Assembly: GCF_009914755.1 (NCBI RefSeq)
Contig: NC_060942.1
DNA length: 64,000 bases
Reading direction: 5' to 3' (one strand)
From: the human T2T-CHM13v2.0 reference genome, Homo sapiens
In this document: positions 26,927 to 40,539 of the stretch, one piece after another
Layout of the letters: each line of letters begins with the position of its first letter
Numbering within the stretch: position 1 is the stretch's first letter
Program-made: the position numbers and the translations under genes
The notes under the pieces: model-generated
The model's database searches: none
Told to the model about the DNA's origin: nothing
The model's input: the letters and a program-made list of their open reading frames with translations, nothing else

Positions 26927-29103
26927 GACTTTGTATTTTAAATTTAATCTTTGGTTTTTAATAGATGACTTTTGTGTATATTATGACTTGATCTACATGT
27001 ATTATGACTTGATATATTTGAACTTCTTTTAGGTTGAACCATATGAAATTGATATTCAACCACTTTTGACCTACGAAAATGACAATTTCATAAAGTTTGA
27101 CTTAATAAATCTTGCTTTCTGTTTAGTATCTTTTTCATTTTTTTCCTCCTTTCCTGCTTTTCTAATTGATACAGTTTCAACTGGTAAAGTTTTAGTATTC
27201 ATGTTTTTCTGTCTCTTGGTTTGGAAGCCGTACACTTTTCCTTTATTAGTAAGACCTAGGTATATTGTAATTGTCAAGGTGTAGATTTATCTTTATGTAT
27301 CTACATGTTCAGTGCACATAGTATACTTTTGATGTGAGCACTGATATTATTCTTCAATTGTGGGACATTCCTAGCTGTAATCTCAAATACTGCTGCTTCA
27401 CTATTTCCTCCAATCTGTTCTTTTGGAGCTACTTATATGCATATACTAGAGCTTCTCAATCTATACTCTTATTTTTTCTCTGTTTGTTCCTTTTCAAATT
27501 GTCTCTAGGTAAATTTCTCATTAATATCTTGATAGTGGCAAAGTCCAAGTCTGGCTCTGCCATTTACTGGCTATGTGGTTTAGGACAAGTTGTCTGACTT
27601 TTCTATACCTCAGGTCCTTATCTCTAAGATAAAGAGAATTACAAGGGTGGTTGTGAGGATTTGTAAAGTGCTTTGCACACTTCCTGGAATCTAGGATACA
27701 GAGAAGGCCTCTGTTCAAGGAGTGAGCTCCAGGTCCCTGTTTGATTCTCAGGAGAAGCTGACTCCAAAGGGACTTTTCCATCTCTACTTTTTTTTCTTTA
27801 TTTTTCTACTCATTTCCTGACTTCCAAAGCAGATTCACAATGAAATGCCAAGTGGTAAATATTAGATGGTATTTTCTTCAGCCTCAGCTATGCTGGACAG
27901 AGGTAGTTAGCTGCTTTCCATTCCTGCTCCCCGAGGTGGAAGGAAGAATGGTGTGGGATGGCCCTTGGAGTGCAGCTTTTTCACCACCTTTTGGAACCCA
28001 GAGAAACCTTGCTTATGTTCTAAGACATGGGCTTAACTGGTGTGTAGCTGGCTGTGCCCAGATCTTCCTGTCTGCCAATAACTTCTACTGCCTTGTACAG
28101 TCTCTAAGAGCATGTTTCCTGAAGGAAACTGGAGGGAAGAATGACATTATTACACTGTTCAGAAGAGTTAAATAGAAGTAACAGTCCCTGAATAACTTTT
28201 CTAATGTGTGATCTTAGGGAAGGAAGTGTAAGACAGATTCCAAATCATCTAGTAAGCCAAATCCATCCTATATAGTTAGTCTTAGATATTTAAAAAGTAA
28301 TTTTAATAGCATTTATTGAATGCTTTATTATATACCAGTGTTATACACATTGTCATATTCAAACAGTTGGGCAAAGTAGTAGTAATGTGCTCAGTTTACA
28401 AATGGGGAAACTTGGACTTAGGGAAATTAAATGATTTGTCCAAAGTATAGTTAGTAAGTGACGCAAGTGAAATTTGAACCTAGGTCTCAGGGACAAAATA
28501 TGTGCTCTGAATCACTATGCTTTGCCCTTAGTTTTATGGTTAGATCTTAGTTGATCTTCTCTGAATGAGAGTGTACAGAGGAGAAATTTTGTAACATTGC
28601 CAAACACTGCCTGGCAGGTAGCCAGACATCTTATGAGATATTGAGTTGTCATTGATAAATGCTAGTGACAGATGAAATTTAATGGGAGAAAAAGAATACA
28701 TTGAAAATCATAGCTTGAAGGGACATGGAGGAGAGCATTGGATTATACATGCATAGTCACCTTGATGTGGAAATTTCTTGAAAATTCTTTTCTTGGCTCT
28801 TCTTTCATACTATAGTTCTTGACATATATATGGATGATTGATGAGCAGTATAAGTTTTATCATAATTTGCAGATTTAACTTGTAGTTCTGTTACTTACTA
28901 GCTGCTATCATGAGCAATCTACTTTATTTAAGCCTCAGTTTCCTCATCTGTAAAATTTGGAGAGTAATTCCTCTGTCTTAGGGTTGTTATAAGCATACAT
29001 GGGATAACATATTTAAACCTCTTAATGCAGTTTCAGGAATTTAATAAAAAGTCAGGAGGACCCTTTCAGGCCAGTGCCCTGGGATAGGATAAATAGAGTA
29101 GGA

Positions 29104-29226
29104 CTTTTTTAGAGATGGAGTCTCACTTTGTTGCCCAGGCTGGTCTCAAACTCTTGGGCTCAAGTGATCCTCTTGCCACAGCCTTGCAAAGTGCTGGATT
29201 GCAGACATGAGCCCCTGCATCCAGCC
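29104..29226 (-). mobile_element. Free Alu monomer
   Basis: tagagatggagtctcactttgttgcccaggctggtctcaaactc. Confidence 0.85.
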
Positions 29227-29312
29227 AGAGTAGGACTATAACAATTGAAAAATATTAGTAATAGTAAATACCAAGCGACTTCTGTAGTTCTGTATTTCTG
29301 AATTGTTAGGTA

Positions 29313-29870
29313 CAGTCATGTGTTATTTAATGACTGAGGTATGTTCTGAGAAATAGGTCATTAGACAATTTTGTCATTGTGTAAACATTATAGAGTGCAC
29401 TTACACAAACCTAGATGGTACAGCCTACTACACACCTAGGCTATATGGTATAGCCTATTACTCCCAGTCTATTAACCTGCATAGTATATTTCTCTACTGA
29501 ATACTGTAGGCAATTGTAGTACAATAGTGTTTGTGTATCTAAACATAGAAAAGATACAGTATAAATATGGTATAAAAGATGAAAAATTGTACACCTGTAT
29601 AGGGCACTTACCATGAATGGAGCTTGCAGAAGTGGAACTTGCTCTGGGTGAGTAAGTGAGTGCTGAGTGAATGTGAAGGCCTAAGACATTACTGTATACA
29701 CTACTGTAGACTTTATCAACACTGTACACTTAGGCTCTTCTAAATGTATTTTGCAGATTAAGTAATTACGCTAGTATGTTGATGGTGGCTACAGTGACAC
29801 TAGGCCATAGGTATTTTTCAGTTCCATTATAATGATATGGGACTACTGTCATATATGTGGTCTGTTGTTG
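29313..29870 (+). mobile_element. Tigger3/MER7 (Golem)-like DNA transposon
   Basis: TA|cagtcatgtg terminus; cacttacacaaacctagatggtacagcctactacacacctaggc. Confidence 0.82.
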
Positions 29871-30192
29871 TGGGGGTGCTATTGAAGCTCAGCGGGGTGA
29901 ATGCCCTGGGTATCCACCACATTCCACTGGCAACCGCACAGTATGAGGGAGAGGAAAACAAATGGAAGCACACTGGAACCGGGGAGGGAAGTTTCTTCCT
30001 CCTGCATTGTCCCTGCAGCACCTTCTACCTACAGAGCTTAGGCATGCCTCATGCATACTGCAAAGGAGAAAAGCTTATAGGGGCCAGTTTGTATGTATAT
30101 ATTTCAATAGAAAGTTAAGACTCTTCCCTTTCTTCCTAACCTATACCTTGCTGTTAAACCTGTATGTAACTTTTAGAAATTAGCATAAACTG

Positions 30193-30607
<415 letters not shown>

Positions 30608-33081
30608 CTATGAACCCATCCCCCTACCCACTTCAAACCCCAAAACACAAAAGGACAGGTGGTTTCTTGATTGGAAAAGCTTAGCTAGAATGCTAAAGGG
30701 CTCTTTGGTTCTTCTCAAGTGCCTTGTGGCTCTTCCAGGTTAGGGGTGTGTGTTTGTGTGTGTTTGTACCTGTTCTGAGGTTAATTATGGTTGTTTAATA
30801 TTTTCTCTATGTTTCCTCATTTGCTTTGAGAGAATATTAATTTATGAATTTGTTATGGTCTCTGATTAACCATTTGATTTAAAAAATTATTTCCTTTTTA
30901 TCATCTGTTCTTCTGGATCCTAATATTGCTTCTCTCTCTGATTCTTCCATCCAGTTTCTTTCTATTGTTCTTATAATCTTACAATCTTACTTCCTTTCCA
31001 TACAGTTTTAGAATTTTATTCTTTAACATATTATACAAGTAGTAAATTTGGGTTATCACTTCTCTTCTGCAGAACCTGCTGTCTCCACATTTTTCTGTCT
31101 TCCTTTCTGTTTCCTAGCCATAGACATGGCTAACAGTACCATTTGTATCTGTACATCTTTCATGCATCACTTGATTTTATTATTTTATTTTATTTTGGTA
31201 AGGTAGCAGCTATATAGCCACCTTGGCTGTTTCCTGCTTCCCAATTCTACAATAATAATAAGTAGGATTCACTTGGGAAAAGAGATTGTATGTGTGGCAT
31301 AATAAGATTCAGCTAAGTAATGGAAGAAACTCTTTTTCTGACCCCCTTTTACCCATACATAGGCCATTCCTGACTTCAGAGTCTTATTCCAGGAGTCTGT
31401 GCATCAGGCATTCCAGATACAGCTTGCTCAGCTATGATGTACCTGAAACTAGTACTAATTATATACATAAATATTCTAGCCACCATTTATAACAGAGTTT
31501 TGATGGGAAACTATTTTCAGAAGTATTATTAGGACTGCTGAGGACACATCTTTTCCCCCTCTAGCCTAGTCTTTTGGGCCACACCTCTTTAGCCTAGACT
31601 TAGGAGGAGGGAGCTGCAGACAGGGTGGCAGGCTGTGTGGGCCTTCTTGTGGTGGTTAGAGTGAACATAGGGAGCAAGCAGTGAAGTGGAAATGAGGCTG
31701 TGGATTTTCTGGATCAGTGGGTAGAGGGAAGGTTACTGTTAGTAGGAGACGGAGACCATCCTGTGAAAGGGGTCTTGGGAATGGTGAAGAGGGAGAGAGG
31801 GGCTGCAGTGGAATATATCGAAGGACAGGGACAGCTACTTGTTTCTCCTTGTCTCCTGGCAGAAAGAAAGGACAAGGGCTGATGGGGCCCCTACGATGAC
31901 TTCTTTCAACCCTTTTACCTTGTCATCTTTTTACCCTTCGCTTTTCCTTTTCTTCCAACTGCCAACTGGCAGCCCTAGGGTAGAGTGTTCGATAAGAAGT
32001 TACTTCAACAGCTTCAGAACAGGAGTCTTGCTTGTGTTTTCTTCATTTCCTCCCCATCCTTCCCTTTTCCCACTCCCACTGACAGGCGATTACAGTTGAG
32101 ACTGGGGAGTGGAAAGTTTGAGGAGCTTGAGAGAGAGCAGGGAATAAAGGAAGAAAGAGGAGGGTGGAGCAACTGTTAGAATCGGGGATACCTGGGAGAT
32201 AATTATATATGCACTGTTTAGGGGGGCTTATGTTCTAAAGCACATCCCTTGATCTCAGGTTACCTGCCGCTGTTACTGTTCTCTGATAGGCTGTTATCTA
32301 GTAATTTCATCTAGCTAACAAGGTTGAAAGAAGAGACCATGTTGCCTAACAAAGTGCTGGAAACATACAATTATTATGTGGATTTTGTGTGCATATCTTT
32401 TGAGTGTGTTTGGTATTTCTGATTATTGCATGCTCAGGCATAAATAGTCTTTAGTGAACGAGATACATGTTGATATTTAATTATGGCGGTGGCCCCATCA
32501 AGAGTTGGAACAGCAGGGCATGGGCTGTGGAGTCTTCAGTCAGGTTCTGTTGCCTCCTCGCTATCCCTGCCCTGTTTCTCATCTGTGAAATGTGGCTCCA
32601 AGCATCCGTCTTATAGAATGACTAGGAAGAGTAAGAGCCTGGTACACGATAGGTACTCACTAAATATTTCTCTTCTTTTGTGGAAGGTATATTTTTGTTT
32701 AGATTATTAAACTACGTAAACTCCAGTGGTTCTAATTCTTTGTCTAATAGGGTCTTTGAAATACATTCAGTTTTGGGCAGATAATATAGCTTTATTTCAT
32801 TCTCCATTAAAATGAATCACCTGAAAACATTCATCAGGAGGAAGTACCTAATTTTAAGAATATAAATGACATCTTTGAAATAATTTTAATCTAAATATAT
32901 CACTTTAAATAGGTGCTATTTATTAAACACATAACATTAACCAAGACTTAAATGAAAAGGTACCAAGGATCCCACCACTAGAGCAAACTGCTTTTATTGT
33001 TCTATCACCCTTCTAGTCCAGATTCCTTTATTATGCAATCTTAACAGTCACTTTTTATAAAGGCATTTGCTTTGTCTCTAG

Positions 33082-33248
33082 GTGTAAAACAAAGGTGTAT
33101 CCAGATAATCTTCCTACAACAAGTGTGGTGATTGTTTTCCACAATGAGGCTTGGAGCACACTTCTGCGAACTGTCCATAGTGTCATTAATCGCTCACCAA
33201 GACACATGATAGAAGAAATTGTTCTAGTAGATGATGCCAGTGAAAGAG
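33082..33248 (+). CDS. GALNT1: GALNT1 exon 4: start of GT-A fold
   Basis: Acceptor gtctctag; [55 protein letters not shown]; donor G|gtaaat. Confidence 0.97.
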
Positions 33249-35369
33249 GTAAATTTTAAATTTTAATGCCAATAATTTGCTACACCTTTTGTCACTAACG
33301 GTTAAAACTAGTTGCTATAATTTTTAACCTAATAATTTTATACAAAATTCTAATTTATCCCAAAAATATGGCATTTGGATTCATTCACATATGTAAAAAA
33401 GTACACCCTTGTGAAACTTAAAATATTACTTTAATTAGTAATTAATTTAATTTGTGTGTTGCATCTTAATCTTGTTTCAAAAAGAAATAATGCTCTATAA
33501 CATAAACTATTATGCAGGACAGTGAAAAAACTCTCATCATTTTGTTAGGATTTTCTCTGTGGGAAGCTGCAGGACTGAGTCAGTAGAGAGAGACTGGATT
33601 CTGCTTACATCCATGAATGGAGAAATGTAGTTCCATGTTTAGTAGGAAATATCTCTGACAGCAAAATGGAGCTTTAGCTGGGTGAACCTTTGTTCTCCAG
33701 ATTTTTCTTAGGTTTCCCTATTTTCTCCATTTCTAAGTTTCAGGAATGATCTATAGCTAGGTGCATAAAAGGATTAGGAAGGATGAAAAGGTGGGATGTA
33801 ATATGACTCTCATAGTAAATCTCTACAGACTCTTGCCCACGTCCTTCTAGGAGTCTCAGAATTTTTCACAAGGCTAAAATCTCCCAAACTATTTCATGAA
33901 ATACTCTTTGGGAAAGGACATATTAATTAATGGTGGCTTGGTCAATATTATTTATTCTGAATCCTTACTAGAGATTTCACACTACAGAGTACCATATAGA
34001 AAAGGCTCTGCTTAGTCCATCAGTAAAGAAACTTGCTTAACTTAGATACCCAGTATTTCCTAATTTTCTTATTCATAGCTCATCTGTTTAGGAATCATTG
34101 GTGTCATGTGTTCCACCAATGTTCCTGTGTTCGCATGAGAAAAATTTAGAGCTACAGAAAATAATTTCCTACTTCTTTTCTTCCTTCATCAGCCTTAAAT
34201 GATCTACCATTTTAACCTCTTTTGCTAGTATCTTCAACTTTCTTGCCTATTCTCCCATTGCATCTGCTATGATTTAGTTAAGTATCATACTTTCTCCTTC
34301 CTGTGTCCACACTGAATACATGCATTTAACCGAAATTAAGTTTATTCACATCAAATATCAATTATTTGGAGTAATTAATACAATAAAAACAATTTAAATC
34401 TTATTGCTTTGCCAGTTTATACAGTTGCACATGAAGAAAAGGATAAATCCTACCTTTTAAAGTAATTTATATCTTACCTTTTTAATCAAATTAAAGAGAT
34501 ACTTTATAATCACACAAGACATTTAAATAGTATAATACATTATATAATTACATGTCAGAAGGAATGAGAGCAGTTAAGAATACCACACGTAAAGAAATAA
34601 TTGTTGACAACAGAAGTATAAACCTTATGTGGATAATCTATTTGCTAGGACTTAATCCCTCTGTAAGAAAATTAACCTAAGTTAATATAAGGAGGAATAT
34701 ATACAAACATTTATCCTGCAAATGACTTGTGCTTGGTTTACTTACGTGTCAATATTTGCTAGATTAAATATATTCTTCCAGAAGAGATACTTAACCTGAG
34801 ATAAAATGAATTATTTTTTCATTTCCTCCTTTGTTTTTCTCTCTCGTTCTGTGAATGCCCAAGAAGGCTGTGTAGAATAATAAGTTTTTGTAGAATATGG
34901 CCTAATTTAAAAGGTGCAGGGTCCCACAACAAGTGACAGAGAAACTCACCTATAGCAGTTCTCTCTTTCCTTTCCCTCATGCAGCCCTCACCCAACACCC
35001 CAATCTGTGTACATCTGTGAGAGGAAACTGGTGTGAGCAGATGTCTACCTCACTGCTCCACCTGAGGCTTAGTCTCTAGGCAGGGTCCTGGAGTGCTGCT
35101 CCAGAGTCCCTGCTCAGGGGTCTGATTCTCCTTTATCTTCCTGCCTTGGAAGCCTCAAATATCCGGGTTACCATTTCCGGTATCTGGGAGACAGTAGATC
35201 TTTGTTTTTGTGGTTATAATTTGCAGTCTTGCTTTCCAGGTTGAGAATCATCTAATGTATTTTTCTTTGGCTCCATTGTTTAAGTCGTAATTGTTAGACC
35301 CAGAAACCAGAGCAAGCTGTTTGCTTTTATGTAACTCTTTACATCTGCTTTTTTTCCTATTCATGAGAC

Positions 35370-36030
35370 ACATCTAAGGCACCATCATTTCTCACCTGGA
35401 TATGGAAATAGACTAACTAGTCAAACTAATGTCCCCACATACTCTTACCCCCTCCCATCTGTTCACCATGGTGCCTCCAGAGTGAGCTTTTTTAAAGCAT
35501 GCAAATTTGATCATTTCGCTTCCATGCTTAAAACCCCTCCACTAAGGCCTGTATGACCTGGCCCCACCTGGCATCTCCAGTCACATCTTGAACCATTCCC
35601 ATACTTCTTCCCTCTGTCCAGTTTTCTTCTTTCAGTTTGTTAAAGAATATCATCCTTCTTCCTATCTCAGGGCCTTCAATTGTACTGATTTTGTTCCCTC
35701 TCCCTGGAACATTGTTCTCTAGGGAACATTTATCTCCACCATCTCCCCAGCACTGTTAACATTGAATCATCCATCAGAGTTCAGCTCAGATGTGATGTAT
35801 TTAGAGAGGCCTTTCTTGACCTCTCCAGACCTGTCACATCCCTCTGAAAACATCTCATAACACTCTACTCCTCTGCAGCTCTAACCAGGGTTTGAATTAT
35901 TTGTCTGTTTAATAGATACCTTCCCCCAGTAGACTGTATACTTTGTCAGGTCTATTTGCTCACCATTATCTCCTCAGTTCCCACAGTGCCTGTTATATAA
36001 CAACAGTCTAGAATTATATAATGAATGGGT
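35370..36030 (+). mobile_element. L2 3' fragment
   Basis: ccaccatcatttctcacctgga-like start, ctcagggccttc, aatgaatg-like tail. Confidence 0.65.
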
Positions 36031-37279
36031 GAAAGAATAATGTACACTGGTATATTTAATCTTCACATTTACTTCTTCTCTGTGCAAACTTCCTAATTGG
36101 GTTGTGTAGCATAGATAGTGTGCCCATGGCCTCTGAATACTTGATTTCAAGTTAACCTGCTGAGTAACTCTATTTATTAAAGAAGTATGAAGTAGGTGCT
36201 ATAATTATTCCTGTTTTATTGATGAGGAAAATGAGGCTTAGCATGGTAGAGGAGTATCCAAACCCTGTATAAATCCAGAGCCTGACCTCTTAATTGCTGT
36301 GTACCTCACTTCTGATTGCTTCTGGTGCAACTTTACTGTTACAGGATCTGTAATAAAGTCAGAATTTGGACGAATCCCTAGTTTATGTCAGAAGTTATGT
36401 AATTTTCATCTCAGAAAGTTATCTTAAGACTTAGAATTTATGTAATGTTTCTAATCTGAGAAGACTATTATTTTTTCATTTCATACAAAAAGCAGAGGTT
36501 TATATTTAGTAGAGGTTAGGAGTTAGATTTATTAGATTCTGAATTCTTTATTCTTCCCTTTATTCTTCTCTACTACTCCTTAGAGTTTTGGCTAATATTT
36601 CTCAGACATTGATGTGAATAGTGAAATTTTTTCCTGATGTTCACACTCTCTGACAACCTCACACTCTGAGAAATGCATAGGGATCCATTTATAGGCCAAT
36701 AGTTATAAAGGTGTCCTAAGAAGATTCTCCCTTGTTTTTAGATGTAATAGTAGCTTCTAACTATAATCTCTTAACTCATGGCTTCATTTTTGTAAAATGA
36801 GACTTGGATAATTCCTAATCCCCCACCCATCCCTGAGTCCATAATTCTGTATCGACTGAAAAGAAGACACCTATATCCTAATGTAATTGTGTGAAAGCAA
36901 CAAAGATGTCAAACAAAGATGCCAAGAAAATTTGTGGAAGAGCAAATTTTGTGAGTTACCCGACCACAGAATCATGCATTTTTTTTTTTAATTTTGTTCA
37001 TAAACAAGACAGTATAGCTTTCAAAGACATATGGGACTTGGGGATTAGATTGCTTTAGTTCTGAAGAAACGTTTTAAACTAATATTTTTGGAAAAACTTG
37101 TTGGGAGACGCATTGTTTATGACACATCCAGTCTTGATTGATCTAAGGTACTAAAATATATCTTATACCCTACTGCATGAAATTCTATCAAATTCTGGAT
37201 ACAAAGTATTTTAAATTTGTGCTTGATCAGGTGCTTCCACAGACCTGAATTGTTCTCTCTATAGAGTTCCCTTCTAGGA

Positions 37280-37520
37280 TTCTCTTGTTGTAGATAAAAA
37301 GATGGGCTTTAAAGTCAGGCAGACCTGGGTTTGAATCTTGGATCCATCCCTTAAGCTGTATCACCTTAATCAAATTCATGTAATATGCTGAGCCTTAGAT
37401 TTTCATTTCTAAATTATGCATAATAACTTCATAGGGTCATTGTGAGCATTAAATGAGATAAAATATATAATGAGACTAGCATTACATATGTTAGCATTAT
37501 GCTAAACAGACACAAAATGT
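37280..37520 (+). mobile_element. MIR
   Basis: agtcaggcagacctgggtttgaatc...gagcattaaatgagataa. Other MIR remnants near 27520-27700, 28300-28530, 28870-29050, 52100-52290 and 63500-63720. Confidence 0.75.
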
Positions 37521-37888
37521 TAACAGTTACTACAAAATGTTGCTCTTCTCTGGGATTGGCACTACCCTTACCTTTTTACTCAGAATCAATTTAGATCCTT
37601 CTGACCCTAAGACTTGGTTCATAAAATCACAGTGATATCTTTCAGATAACTTTTTAGCTCAAATATTAGAAAATATATTAGCAGAAATGGGAAAGATCAG
37701 TGTTTTGGTGTAGTGGGACACATAGGCCTTTCTCTTTTACAGCTTTTTATATCCCTGATTATTTCATTATTGAGTCATTTTGTCTTGTTGAGTCAAATAG
37801 GCAAGAATTGTTTTACTCCCATTTGTCTTTTCCACCTCACTATGTAGGAAGCCTTTTGGATCTCTACTTTTAGTATTTAATTAATAGA

Positions 37889-37963
37889 TATGAGGATAAT
37901 CTCTCTAGGGGTTCCAGTAGTTCCATCTCAAATATTTTCTTCCCTAGAGAGATTATCCTCATA
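37889..37963. repeat. Perfect 22-bp inverted repeat with 31-nt spacer
   Basis: tatgaggataatctctctaggg (37889-37910) and ccctagagagattatcctcata (37942-37963). Confidence 0.97.
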
Positions 37964-38882
37964 CTTATTGTATGGTGACTAGTTGGAAAGGCATTTGGCC
38001 ATATTACCACCAATAGCAGAGTTCTCTAGCATAAATTCTGTAAACCAACCTGATCGGAAAAATGTTTTCTCTTTGCTTTGAGGAAGTTGCACCTTTTCTG
38101 CTTTTTAAAGTCAGTTGTGAACTTTGGAGGTAAGGTTTATCTTATCCTATATGCTTGCCTGTGTCCTGAGGAGCATAACCTCTTATCTGAACTCTCCAGG
38201 ATAGCTATTGATTTCATACACCCACATACTCTCCCTTTCCCCTTTTGCCCACTTTTTCTCTTTTCTTCTTCAATTGCCCTTTCCTTTTTAAACTTTTTTT
38301 CTTACACCTAATTGTCAGTTTAAGGATCTCTATTTGGCCTTGCAGTTAACAGTCCAGCATTTCTTTTCCAAGTGTGACCCCACTTTCTGCCCCCTGATTA
38401 AAAAAAAAAAAAAAAAAAAAAGTATAGTCAAAGACCATGGTAATCAACAAGACAATTTGTTTGTGCTTCTGAGGAAATTTCACAATTTTCTGAACTCTAC
38501 AGCTATTACATATTCTGTGTCTTCTCTCTGTTGAGGTCTGGATTTAATGCTTTCTTTGTATTGCTGATCCTTAAGCATGATTAGAGAAAGAATTGAGTCT
38601 AACAGAGTTACTTAGCGAAACATAGGAGCATTCCTATCCTTGGTTAAGTCTGAGCACAAAGGCATTCTCCTAATTCTGCATATAATAAAATAGAGGCAGC
38701 TGTAGTCCATTCTCTTGGGGAATATAAAGGCTTCCTTTAGCAGAATGGGTTTATGAGTCAGGGAGCCTCACTGAGAGTGTTCAGTAAGGGTATGTTGAAT
38801 AAATTTTCCAAATCAAAATTACTTTCATCTGAATAGTGCCAGGCCACACTGGTTTGCATGTTTTCTTTTGTTCATTTTCCAG

Positions 38883-39090
38883 ACTTTTTGAAAAGGCCTT
38901 TAGAGAGTTATGTGAAAAAACTAAAAGTACCAGTTCATGTAATTCGAATGGAACAACGTTCTGGATTGATCAGAGCTAGATTAAAAGGAGCTGCTGTGTC
39001 TAAAGGCCAAGTGATCACCTTCCTGGATGCCCATTGTGAGTGTACAGTGGGATGGCTGGAGCCTCTCTTGGCCAGGATCAAACATGACAG
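38883..39090 (+). CDS. GALNT1: GALNT1 exon 5: DxH Mn2+-binding motif
   Basis: Acceptor ttttccag; [70 protein letters not shown] (DAH at 39026-39034); donor AG|gtaatt. Confidence 0.98.
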
Positions 39091-40539
39091 GTAATTTTCT
39101 GGTGTCTGTAAGTTTGCTTTTAGTACATTTGTCCTAAACTATATGGTGAGTTGCCAAATTCTATATTTTTTAAATAAATATAAAAGTAATTTCCTCCCAA
39201 GTTTGCTTTAAAATATCCGTGAAGAGGACTCTAAAGGAAATATCCAGAAGACCACATTCTGAAGCCTGGCAGGAATGTTTGCAAACTGTTGTACTAATGA
39301 GGAGTGATTAGGAAGCATGTCATTGGAATGTATACTATATGCTGTGTTCACCAAGCTGGAGCAGAACAGATAGATGGTGAACTCAGGGAAGACAGCATAA
39401 AACCCTTCACTTGTCCTTGCACTCTAAAGCTAATGCTGGAGCAGGCAGATCCTCTCAGCTTGTAGTGCAGCAAGAAGTAGAAGAGAATGGAGAGAAGCAC
39501 ATTGTGTCCTGAAATGCTTAATTTTGTATGGAAAGCACCATAATCTTAGATAATACAGGAAGAACAGTGGTGTAATGAACACCTATGGTTATAGTTTTTC
39601 ATGTTACACATTTTTCAAAGAACTCCCTATTTCTGGCTTAGTTCTTGTGCATCAGGAGAGAACCTGACTTCAGTCTGCTAGACCTATGTTGGTTGAATTT
39701 CTGCTTGTCATTGTAATTTGAGGTAGAGACTGTCCATGTTTAGATTTTAGTGGAGTGAACTTTTACTAGTCAAGTGGAACACGGTGGGAGCTAAAGCCAC
39801 AGCATCTATTCTGTTTGATAGCAAATGCTGGATCTATATTTTTTCCCTTTCAAAGATGAATAAATAGGAAAACTCAGCATTGGGCCAATCAATGGGAAAG
39901 TAGAGCAGCTTTAGAAAAGAGAACATTGCCCTGAAGAATCAAAAGAATAGGATATCTGTAAATTATTTTCTTTAAATAATAGATGACGTTTTAGGGAATA
40001 TTTGCTCGCCTGAAGATAACACACAACCCATAGAGAGAAAGCAAGGTGAGGTGATGACAGAAGTATGGAAGGGAGTCAGCTGAAATAGCAACCACAGTGA
40101 CTTCCAGTTTGGGCTGCATGGTGGATTCGATATTCTGAATAACTTTTCCAACTGAAAAAGCTGGATAAAAGACAAAACAAATTTTAAATGCATCATTGAG
40201 TTGGCACAAAAGGAAGAAATTTGCAAATCTCGAAAAGAAGTGAGAGCAAATGTGCAGTCCAAACACTAAAGCCAGCTTTCGCTGGTAGGGTTTCTGCTGA
40301 ACTTTGGGGTCACTAAGCTTCTGCCTTGAGAGACAAATAAGATGGAAGGATAGGAGACAAAAACCTAGGTCCTGCCTCAGGTGAGAAGGTTAATAGCAAA
40401 CACCTGTATAAAGCTGGGCTCTTGAAATCTGTATCTTAGTATAAAGCAAGAATGAAAAATTAATCCCACCACATCAGAGAAAACTTGCCTGTCTCAACCT
40501 TGGTATGCAGTGGCAGAGGGGAAACAAATCTCCCCTAAG

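Noticed and set aside
38858-39094. ORF-track starts and stops around true exons, also at 42452, 46474, 47621 and 58899
   Set aside because: The ORF ends are intronic read-through; true limits are set by splice sites.
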